From Gnetum montanum (Eukaryota; Plantae; Gnetophyta), in contig MNCI01002435.1 of assembly GCA_015680685.1 (NCBI GenBank), positions 88,570 to 152,569 of the forward strand: 64,000 bases of DNA. Direction: 5' to 3'. A model generated the notes under the pieces. That model was not told where the DNA came from. It did no database searches and saw only the letters and a list, made by a program, of their open reading frames with translations. Every line of letters starts with the position of its first letter. Position 1 is the first letter of the stretch. The position numbers and the translations under genes are program-made. Shown here piece after piece: positions 54,301 to 64,000 of this stretch.

Positions 54301-55206
54301 ACCCTCATCCAGGTCAAGCAAGCTTTAAAGCAGAAAAATGCCACACCAAGCTTGTACGATCTAATCATGACTTCTGTACCTCACTGCGAGGCTCTAGTCT
54401 GCATATTAACGACGATTCTGGTCGACGAAAACATGCTAGCGGAAGAGGAAGCGATTCACTCGGTAATGCTTTTCTCTGTACCCGTAGAGCCTGCACCATC
54501 CCAATTAACTTTCAATAACGACGTCATTAGGGAAGATCCCGAGGGGGGTCAAGTAACTACGGTGCCTCTCTTCACCACAATTTGGGTCGGCCAACACCGG
54601 ATCCAAAGGGTACACGTTGATGACGGGGTTGCCACAAACGTTATTCCCTTCCCTATTGTGGACAAGTTGGGATTGGTCGACCAGATTAAGCCCACGGCGA
54701 CGTCATGTCTGAGGTCCTTCAACGGGGCACGGGTCCTGGTGAAGGGCACAGTTCACATAAACTTCATAGCAGGGGATCAGTTCCCCACAGATGCAATGTT
54801 CATCGTAGTCGAAGAAATGCCCGGGTTTAACTTGATCTTGGGAAGATCATGGTTAGCGCAACTTAGGGTTGTTTCCTCGCCCATACACCAAGAAATCCAC
54901 TTACCGTACGCAGGTAGGGAGGTGGTAATCCGCGGTGACGAAGTTGCAACGCAAGCAATCGGCAACGTGGACATGGAACAAGGCTCAGAGGTTACGACCT
55001 CTGAGAATGAAGCGCTTGTTCATGCATACGTTAATCATTCAACGGAAGGATCAGCTCAACGAGCCGACTCCCAAACCAAAAACGCATGGGTCGAGTTGCC
55101 CTTCCAAGCAGAGGACAATGATGTGAACAAGGGCCCTGGCGAAACACCTTGGCCTTGTGTTCCAATCAACCCACGACGGGTCAAGAAGCAGCTACGCATA
55201 GCGTAG
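51388..55206 (+). pseudogene. gag-pro: gag-protease of C: one continuous frame broken only by ~7 point stops
   Basis: ORFs at 51532, 51877, 52633, 52858 and 53986 are all in the same frame; FTKYDDEGDPNAHL, FCDYHQLCGHTTDYC, QRVHVDDGVATN, FNLILGRSWL. Confidence 0.92.
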
Positions 55207-55294
55207 CAACCCTACCGCTTCTTGCCAGGTTGCCATCCCTTGTACATTTGCCGTTTCCTTGTCTTGTCAGCATGCCGTCCTGTCGACATGCTAC

Positions 55295-55452
55295 GCTATG
55301 GCCCAAAATGGCCTAAAACTAGCATTGTTGCTTTCCACCTTATTAACATGCCGTTCTTCTGGCATGTTACGCAATGGCCTAAAATGGCCCAAAACTAGCA
55401 TGGCCCGAAATGGCCCAAAACTAGCGATGGCCCGAGATGGCCTAAAACTAGC
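55295..55452 (+). ncRNA. Four GGCC-type coremin-like units after the gag-pro stop of C
   Basis: atggcc(c/t)(g/a)a(a/g)atggcc(t/c)aaaactagc x4. Confidence 0.6.
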
Positions 55453-55622
55453 ATACGAGAGCATAAAAACTTTACATGGTACACAAGTTAACATAAAATT
55501 GGTTCCTTTTCTGAAGTTTTTTCATTTCATTTAAAAATTTTTGCCTATTGGCAATGTTTGCAAAATTTTCAAAAAAAAAAAAAACAAAAAAAAGGAGAAA
55601 AAAAAGGAAAAATCCCATGCTG

Positions 55623-57869
55623 TCATGGGTTGTCTCCATCTGCATTGCCTTCGTTGTTTGCCTCCACTTCATTTACTTGTGCATCGTCTGCCCCTGCGTT
55701 GCCTTCTACTTGTTTCGCATTTCTTCCCTCCACGGGTCTTGCACCCTCATCTGGAGCTTGCATCGCAAGAATGAGGTAGTCAGCAAGCGCAATAAATGCA
55801 ACAAACACTAGCTATAACATAGCATGAGCATCTACTTGTTAAAGCAATTAACCTGAGGAGAGCCTACGTCGGTCTCAAGGGGTATTTGGTCTAGACCAAG
55901 CCTGAGGTGACGCCAAATCTCCTCTGTCGTAATGTCCATCCAACACCTGTCGCTAGGTTCAGCATTCATAGTAGCAGCTTTCTCCCTTTCCACGGTTGTC
56001 CATTTTAGAGGTTCCGAGGAAAGGGAAGTGGTTGTGGTCTCCCCTGTAGGAAGGTTCACCTGCAAGTCAGGAGATTCCGTCACCTTCACCTGCTCTTTGA
56101 ACTTAGCGTAGGCCTTAGAAGCACCAATGACATTCACAAACGCTTCATACGTGAATGCCTCCACGACAGCATCTTTGTACAACCTTCGATGGGTCTCATT
56201 CTCTAGCTTATACATATGTTTGTGGTCTCTCTGGGTTTTTCCCCATTCGAAGACCTTGACGCTGATGTCTTTCATGTCCTGGCACTTCTGAGCCAGCAAG
56301 TCCATCTGCATTTGCTGCTCGACTATCTCGCAGGTGGACTCAACGTTTTGGTGAATGACTGTCCAAAATCTGGCATGGTCATCCACCGCCCTTTTCCAAT
56401 CGACAACGTCAGGGTTACGGTTTATAAAAAAAATCATTCCTCGACCTGAGATTCGCCACCTCGGTGGCCAGGTCGGCCTCTCTCTGCTCAGCCCCTTGGA
56501 CCCGCTTCCACAGGTCCTCGTTGACACGCCTACACTCCCATAGAGAGCGTGCCAAGCGCAAGACACACTTGTGAGCCTCGTCAAACGTGCGACGAGGCAC
56601 CTCGGTCACGTCAGGTGAGAGTGTAGGCACAACGCCAACCTTCATAGGTCGTGCCGAGTCCCACTTGAGTCGAGAGGTTGTCTGATGCAAAGAGTATAGC
56701 AACTGCATTAGCATGGCAGAATCAACAAACTCAAAATTTCAGCGTAACAACACAGGAGCATTTAACACTACTAGTTACTTGCGCGAGGGTCCTCCTGCTG
56801 AAGGTGTTTGATCATGTTGTCAACAAGTCCCTGCATGAATGTAAACTTGTCAGGGACCTCGGCCCATGACTCCACATGAATCGGAGGGGGTCCCAAAGCA
56901 TCAGTAGCAGCACCCATTACACGATTAAGCATGTCAGCAATGGCAAAAGTGGACTACGATAAGGTAGGCATCCTATCAACTCACCAGTGCCCAACTGTGG
57001 CCTTTCTTCTTGCTGATGCAAGATGATCACGGTGGTCCCGGTGGAGGGCCTTGCCAAGTCCATGTGAGCCCCTTCCTCATGCGCTGGTGCCTTCCCTTTT
57101 AGGAGACCAGCGTCTTTTTTATTTAGGGGAGGCACCTCTTCGTCGGTGGGAGGAGGCTCCCTGATGACAAGAGCCCCTGCCCTAGAGATAGGAGCTCCCT
57201 TATTCCCGACCGGTGCCCTTTCCTCCAAGGCTGGGGCCTCCGCGTCTTTATTAGTTGTCCTCGTCTTGAGGGCCGACACTTCCTCGTCGCCTTCTTTTTC
57301 ATCTTCTTCTTCCTCTGCTAGCAAAAGCGTATGTTTGCGTCAATTCAAAATAAGTTAGCTTAAAACAGATGCTACGCTACGTCGCATCGCTTAGCAAACT
57401 ATGGCAAAGTAGGCATTACGCAAAAATGCTTACCAATAGGGGGTTGCGTTCTCCGCAGCTTGAGCCACAGTCTTTGCCTCTCCCCTTCATGGAGGTTTTC
57501 CCTGGTTGGGGGAGGCCTCTTCCTTCGCAACTCCTTGGGTGCTATCTCAACCATGAGACGTTCACCCCGTGTCACGCTACCGGTTATGACAGGGGGTGTC
57601 TCTCCCACGCTGTCCTGGCCACGAATGCTACGAACTGCCAAATTTTTAGTCGTTACAGATAACGACTCTCCAACCATTTCCGGGGGATCTTGGGATTGCA
57701 TGGTCCAAAGGACCTGACGAATCCATGGTTTGGGAATCTGGTCGCGGTCTTGCATGGTCCAGACCCTGTCCTCCTGGACCACTAGGAACTCCGCGAAGCG
57801 CTTTAGACAACCTATGTAGAAGGCATAGTGTATGTTAGAGCGGGACTTCGTTTGCTCATGGAGTCCCAA
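55623..57869 (-). pseudogene. 5'-truncated antisense accessory gene of C (5 exons)
   Basis: Exons 57869-57434, 57317-56985, 56916-56779, 56702-55853 and 55757-55623; donors GTAAGC, GTGAGT, GTAACT, GTTAAT; peptides align with A (WIR....T..SQDPPE; G.V.....HLQQ; L.WD; AR[FY]W; MDLL..KC.D; Q.DHKH). Confidence 0.8.
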
Positions 57870-58115
57870 AATCCGCTACGACGATAAACTGGCAACAACA
57901 TCGAGCAGCGTCTGCAATGACGATAAACTAGCAGCATCGGCAACCGTCCACTACGACGTAAAACTGCCACCGCTAGTCCACTATGACTATAAACTGGCAT
58001 TGCTCGTCCGCTACGACGTTAAACTGGTGTGTACGGTCTATTGGGACCTTAAACCGGTACAGCGGTCCGCTGGGACCTTAAACCAATACACGGTCTACCA
58101 AGACCTTAAATTGGG
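57870..58115 (+). ncRNA. Tandem array of 8 coremin-like pseudoknot motifs in C
   Basis: cgtccgctacgacgttaaactggtg, tagtccactatgactataaactggc, ggtctattgggaccttaaaccggta and others. Confidence 0.7.
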
Positions 58116-61100
58116 TTCGCATCACGTCCCCAACATGCACCAGCACCAGATACACATCAAACGAGTGGGCGCGATGCTAACATGTGGGTGGGACGTCGTA
58201 GCCCTGGAACGTGATTCACAATGCACTGATAACGTGGTCCGGGACAAGTGCGACGCCGCCACCCTTGGCATCATGCTGACCCCTCGAAGACACCATATGG
58301 CGTCACATTGGCCCCTCGAACCTACCGTCGCCACGGCCCACCGCCCTGATGGTAGTTCCTGGGCTAGTCCTCCAATCCCCTGCCAACACCTCGGCTTGCA
58401 TGATGTTTAGCTATGTGGTAGCCGATCCCATAGCTGAACTCAGCATGCATGCCTTTGGCGGGGATTCTAGTGCATTCGCACCCGCAACAACTCTTGGCAC
58501 CTCGGAGGCCAGATCCTCCACGTCGGTGCTACCAAGGCAACTGCTGGCCTCCCTGCTTTGGGCACCTCACACTAGCAAGGGTGCCCAAGAGTAACAACAA
58601 TGCCAGCAGCCAACGAGACCTTTGCCTCCGCAGGCACATCTGGCCGCAGCAGCAAATGCTGCAGCGTCTTGAAGTGAGTGCCTTGACTAGCACTGTTGCT
58701 TCAGAGTGCAAGCTCCATGATGCGCGTAACACAACTCGTTGCATGGAGTGCATCTGTGGGTAGGTCAAAACCCTTCACGGATGTAATGCAACTCATCCTG
58801 TGAAGGGAACACCTGACCTACAAGAGGTTGAAGAACAATGCCAGCCAAAGATGAAAACGCAAACGAGCCCCTCAGAGCATTCCAACGAGCGAATCCACTA
58901 AACATCATCTTTGCTCTCTACCTTAACCTCTGCACAATCAATGCAACACTCTCAAGTGCAGCCAAGCGACGTCCTGACACTCACCAAAGGACAACTTAGC
59001 ATTTTGATGCGGTGTTTCATATTCTTTGCCGACGTCTATCGAGCCCGGTCTCCAGATGCCGACAAAGAGGGGCCAATGAAACATCCCAAAAAATTGTGAA
59101 GTCATTCTCGCTTCACTTGGCCTTGCAATCCGCGGAACACCATGGCAGTTCTTTAGGAGGAGAACGCCCTAAGCCTAGGCCGGCTAGTTCGGCAAATTTT
59201 CTACTTTGGGCATGGACGGGCCTTACATCATCTTGCATGTCCACCCAAGTAGCCTACCCAATCGACAGCCTGCTCAGAAACGGTGCGCGGAGTTGGCAAC
59301 AGCATTCTGGATGCACGAAACAGTTCGGCAAGTTTTCTAAGTCACGAAGTCTGCTACACTATGCTACGCCTCGTAGCGTAGCACGCTTTAGAAAACGATG
59401 GCAGAACGAAGTGCTACGCTACGCTACACCACGTAGCGTAGCATAGCAACAGCTTTGTTATCACTCCCCTCGCCCAATTTCAGGATCTGCAACGATGTCC
59501 CTTCTTGCCAGGAAGCGGCGGACCATGTCTGCTGCTATGCTACGTCGAGCTACATGGTGTAGCGAGGTGTAGCAATCTTGCGGAAGAGATAGAAGGTAGC
59601 TCAAAGGGCAGAATCGACGGAGTTCGCAAGACTTGCCTCGCAGGAGACAAAGTTTGCAGATTGGCAAAACTTTCGCGATTAAGGCCAGTTGCTACGCTAC
59701 GCTACGCTACGTAGCATAGCAAGCATGCAACATATAGCAGAACGCGTGACAAGGTGCTACGCTACGCCAAGCATGCTATGCTACAAATCACAGCAAGGCA
59801 TGAGGGTGGTTGTGCGACATCAATGCACTTCACCTAATCTGACCGTTGGCACATGTCTCCAGACGCTGACGACGCAATTACGGTGTGGCAGGCTCGCAGT
59901 TATTGCATGATGGGTTTGCATTACAACGGCCTCATAGGTCCAACGGTCATGCATGGCACAAATGGCATCAGCAAGTCAACGAAGGCCCAAGGTGTGTAGC
60001 GTTCAAACCATCTCTTTTGCATACCCTTGGTCCTATAAATACCCCGGCAAGTAGCTTTCAAAAAGAGGCCGGAATCTCTTGAAGTAAGTAGCATCCAAAA
60101 AAGTTAAAAGATTTTTGGAGAGACAACATTGAGAGATTTGGGCTTGCTCCTTAACAAGTTTCTTTTTACATCGAGCATTGTAAGCTTCCTGTTTGACACT
60201 GCAAACAGTTAACATTTTTAGCTGGCATTTTGTTCTATCCTTTTCTTTCTTTCTTCTTCTACCACCTTGGTAGAATCCCTTTCCGGCCAACATTCAGGTC
60301 CGCACCAAAGCGCACCACCTACTTTGCTTGACATGTCTTGGTCATTCTTGGGATCTCTGCACGCCGTCACACTGTGCAACCAATTGTATCCACCCTGACG
60401 GAGCAAACTTGTAGTTCCTGAGTGGTGCATGTTTCTAACTACATTTTACCTTATTTCCTGCTTGTTGTCTCATTCTGCATTATTTTCCTGTTTTATTCAT
60501 TTTTAAGCATTACTTCGCGTTATTGTGGCATTTTAAGCTGTTTCTTTTCCGCTTTATTTATTTTCGAGCATTACTTCGCATTCCATTCCGTCTCAAAAAT
60601 ATATGTTGCAAAAGGCTATATTGACGCCGATGTAAGTCCCTGTCTGATCAACCAGACCGTTTAGGGCACCCCGTGTCCGCACACACCTAGCATGGCCCTC
60701 CCGTGGGTACGGGGTCGAAACTATCGTGCCCGCCGACCCCCGGTGTTTTCCAGCCGCCGACGTTTTCGGTCACTACACTTTGGATGTCTACTTTTCAATG
60801 CAGAAGGAATTAGATCAATTGGTTCAGTCTTATTATAGATGTTATTCCCACGATCAAGATTGTCTAGAATGACCAAAATTGAAATAAAGGTTTCAATACT
60901 AACTCCTCCGTCCAAGCTTTTGTTTGGAACTTGAGAAAAAGATTATGCCAAATTCTTTTATCAAGGGATAATGAATGAGGTTTGATTTGTTGAGGCTTGG
61001 ACATAGTTTGGTTTTAGAGTATTGCAAGGAATTTTGCGATCTCTAATGAAAGATAGGAAGAATTCACAGCAAAGTTTGTTGCAAGATTATTCACATTTCT

Positions 61101-61508
61101 TTGTCCATGAACACAAATAGAGAGAGAAGTATCTAGAACAGGGAGCTATTGAAAACGTAGCTTCACTTTTATTTTTAATGTACTTATATAATAATAAATT
61201 AAAATAGTAAATTAGTAGATAATTTCATGCTTGGCAAGCTAAGAACAAGGATCTTCTCTCTATCTTCACTTAGGTAACCAAAGTGCATGAAATGTGCATA
61301 GTATAACTCTAGTTAGTAATTGTTGGTAGTTAGTGGACAGTAAGTTTGGTTATCATCATTGTAATATAAATTATAGATAGTCATTATAAAGACCCTTAGG
61401 AAATGTCACACTTTAATATAAGGGACACATCCTTTGAGAACATGAGGGGTTTGGTCTACAATAGTTAGATTGATAACTTATATAGGATATGGTTGTGTGG
61501 AGTTGTGA

Positions 61509-61683
61509 GGGACCACCACTTGGAGTGATGGTAAAGTGCTTATTTCTCAAGTTGTAAGACTTGGGTTCAAGCTTGGGCACAGTTGCTCAAAAAAGGTTAG
61601 GATTTCGCTCATCTACCACCCCTCCCAGGACTCTACCTTAGCAGGATGAGCATTGCACTTCTAGGTGATGATCTTTTTTTTTT
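61509..61683 (+). mobile_element. tRNA-derived SINE (Au-like) with poly-T tail and degenerate TSD
   Basis: A-box tggagtgatggtaaag; B-box gggttcaagc; T-tail; gagttgtg on both sides (61500-61507, 61689-61696). Confidence 0.75.
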
Positions 61684-62426
61684 GTATTGAGTTGTGGAGC
61701 TCAAGTTAATGGATGAGTTACATAGTTGGTAAGGCAGGACAAAGAGAATGCAGCTCCTTCTTTGACCTAAAGACACAACTCACTTAACCATGGTGTTAAA
61801 GATAGATTACCTTTAACGGCTACATGTCTTAAAAAGACAAACCTTACCCTTTCTTTTTCAATAAAGTCTCTTGTTCTTCCTTTGCAAGCATTTAGTGTTC
61901 CCATGAAGCATCCTTCAATAAAGTCTCTTATTAACTATTTTCATGACATTTTGGAATGGGGTTTGAAAAATAAAGATGAACTAGCCCTTAAGCCTAGATA
62001 CTTATCTGGGAGCTGGTTGGCATTGTACTCAGATTATTTGAGCTTGATTTTTTGCATGATTGATTTTTTGATATTGACTGTCAAAACCTATACATGTTTT
62101 AAAGGTTTGAAGGGCAGCTCTTAGACTCTTCCAGTATGGAAGAGCGGTTCAAATCTTGATGACCATACCAGCAGCGTGCACCTATAGATTGTCATGTCAT
62201 GGGATGGAGTTGATTATATCACGTAACTACAATTACTTGTCTAAAAGCTCTCCTAGAATAGTGAATAAGTTAGGTGAAAGCTCTCCTAGAATTTTCTTTT
62301 GACACGTCCAACAACAGGAACGAAAGGAAAGAAAAGTCAAAATTAGAAAACAAATGTAAAAGACAGTTTAAAAATTTTATTTTAGAATTAAATATAGATA
62401 TAATTTTTTATTGCATGAGTTTCATC

Positions 62427-64000
62427 TGTTGGAAACAACTAACTGAAGCGGTAGATTACAGCACTGAACTAGCAGTTGCTAATTCATAAACTGCACTTTC
62501 CGTTTCTATTGTCATAGTTTTTTGAATTTTCCTTAAAGATAACATCAGACTTCTAAAAGTTTTATTTCAGTTAATTTTTGCTGTTTCCAATTTTGTAACC
62601 CGGGTGAAGCTATTTAAGTCTGCCCTGGGATCCATCATAAATTGTCAGAGTTAAGAGTTCTCCCATTGCATGAGAGAGAGGCTTCTTCTTGTTCTCTCCT
62701 TGTGATGAAGAGAGAAGCTTGTTATTTCCGTTGTTGATAATAAGATTTTTCTGCAATTACCTGTCGTCCAACTGCTCTTTATTTTCATCTCGTTTCATAT
62801 TTTGCTGCCAGATCTGCTAACCGTGGTATTGGAGCTCTCAGGTTCATAGTCCGTGGAAGTGTTGCAGATCGTGCATACGAATTTTACAAAATGGCTGGCA
62901 AATACGAAATAGAGAAGTTCAATGGAAGCAACTTCACATTGTGGAAAATAAAGATACAAGCAATTCTGTGTAAAGATAATTGCCTGGCAGCGATTGGAGC
63001 AAGGCCGCGAGAGGTCACGGATGACGACAAGTGGAATGAAATGGATGGCAATGCTATTGCTAATTTACACTTAGCATTGGCAGATGGAGTTCTTTCAAGT
63101 ATTGCAGAAAAGAAGACGGCAAAGGAAATATGGGAAACTCTGACCAAGCTATACGAGGCTAAATCACTCCACAACAAAATCTTCTTGAAGAGAAAACTTT
63201 ACACTCTTCGTATGGCAGAAACCTCATCGGTAACTGACCATATCAACACCCTAAATACTTTATTTGCTCAACTCACATCGTTGGGCTATAAAGTCGATGC
63301 AGGTGAACGTGCAGAAATTCTACTTCAAAGTCTACCTGATTCATATGATCAACTCATCATCAACTTGACCAACAATGTCCTTATGGATGATCTTGTCTTT
63401 GACGAGGTTGCAGTGGCAGTTCTTGAAGAAGAAAGTCGATGCAAGAATAAGGAAGATAGGTTGGCAAACAAGGTGGAGGCCTTAACAATGGTGAGAGGAA
63501 GATCCATGGAACGTAATTCCAAGTGGAACCAAATTCATCGTCGATCCAAGTCAAGAAGTAGAAAGAAAATCATCACTTGCTACAACTGTGGCAAGATAGG
63601 ACACCTAAAGAAGGAGTGTTGGAGCAAGAAGAGAAATGAAAAGAATCCTCAAGGGAATGCAGCAAGTACCTCATATGACAGTGATGTTCTATACAGTGAG
63701 GCAACTATTGCTGAAGGTAGACAAAAGCTCATTGATGCTTGGATCTTGGATTCAGGAGCAACATGGCACATGACCTCTCGGAGAGAATGGTTTTATGACT
63801 ACAAACCAATCTTGGAAGGATCTGTGTACATGGGAAATGATCATGCTTTGAAAATCGCTGGTATTGGTGTTGTCAAGATAAAGATGTATGATGGCACTAT
63901 TCGCACAATACAAGAGGTACGACATGTGGAGGGCCTGAAGAAAAATCTACTGTCTTTAGGACAACTAGATGATGTTGGGTGCAAAACTCGTATAGAGAAT
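62427..64000 (+). mobile_element. Ty1/copia (Tork/Tnt1-like) element, 5' part
   Basis: LTR ~62427-62821 (TGTTGG...), PBS TGGTATTGGAGC at 62824-62835, then gag. Confidence 0.88.
62891..64000 (+). CDS. gag-pol: Copia gag-pol polyprotein, open to the window end (370 codons)
   Basis: MAGKYEIEKFNGSNFTLW..., CYNCGKIGHLKKEC, WILDSGATWHMT, VRHVEGLKKNLLSLGQLD; no stop seen in my translation (absent from the ORF track because it is unterminated). Confidence 0.9.
   Translation, partial: MAGKYEIEKFNGSNFTLWKIKIQAILCKDNCLAAIGARPREVTDDDKWNEMDGNAIANLHLALADGVLSSIAEKKTAKEIWETLTKLYEAKSLHNKIFLKRKLYTLRMAETSSVTDHINTLNTLFAQLTSLGYKVDAGERAEILLQSLPDSYDQLIINLTNNVLMDDLVFDEVAVAVLEEESRCKNKEDRLANKVEALTMVRGRSMERNSKWNQIHRRSKSRSRKKIITCYNCGKIGHLKKECWSKKRNEKNPQGNAASTSYDSDVLYSEATIAEGRQKLIDAWILDSGATWHMTSRREWFYDYKPILEGSVYMGNDHALKIAGIGVVKIKMYDGTIRTIQEVRHVEGLKKNLLSLGQLDDVGCKTRIEN

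Larger units (their letters stand above)
48691..60777 (+). mobile_element. Complete non-autonomous Tat-type LTR retrotransposon 'C' (12.1 kb): gag-pro plus truncated antisense gene, no RT/RH/INT
   Basis: LTRs 48691-50382 and 59077-60777 (TG..CA; 11 differences in the first 210 bp); TSD CTTTG at 48686-48690 and 60778-60782; PBS 50389-50405; PPT 59064-59072. Confidence 0.95.
48250..61100 (-). mobile_element. Probable degenerate L1-type LINE remnant, split by element C (48250-48690 and 60778-~61100)
   Basis: Rejoined minus-strand reading ..TEPIDLIPSALKSRHPK|VCFN..DEFCSTI.EIW resembles the post-endonuclease P.F.F..W region of plant L1 ORF2; weak. Confidence 0.3.

Noticed and set aside
57832-58410. 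192-aa ORF with repeated VHYDVKL peptides
   Set aside because: Incidental translation of the RNA motif array; the frame is not kept in the A or B arrays.
58702-58830. Twister ribozyme (UAACAC/UAAUGC starts)
   Set aside because: No GC..GGU....AAGCC core or T1/T2 pseudoknot partners; the sequence folds as simple hairpins.

Overview
Plant (land-plant, heavily CG/CHG-deaminated) heterochromatin-like window made almost entirely of nested LTR retrotransposons; no intact host gene is recognisable. It holds three members of one Ty3/gypsy Tat/Ogre-type family: A (1-14419), B (12663-~21180, sharing an LTR with A) and C (48691-60777, complete with TSD). It also holds Athila-like remnants and a solo LTR, three Ty1/copia elements, solo-LTR-like repeats, tRNA-derived SINEs and a LINE remnant. 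Two features of the Tat-like family stand out. (1) Element A places a ~5 kb, multi-intron ANTISENSE gene between protease and RT; four introns are conserved in position and phase in element C. (2) Downstream of each gag-pro/pol stop codon, and once just upstream of RT, lie arrays of a ~23-nt RNA motif, N-GUC-y-[stem]-n-GAC-N'-nnAAAC-[stem']. Both of its helices covary between copies (H-type pseudoknot), and it closely resembles the plant-virus XRN-resistant 'coremin/Box1' motif GUCCGAAGACGUUAAACUAC. The proposed functions are hypotheses; all alignments were done by eye.
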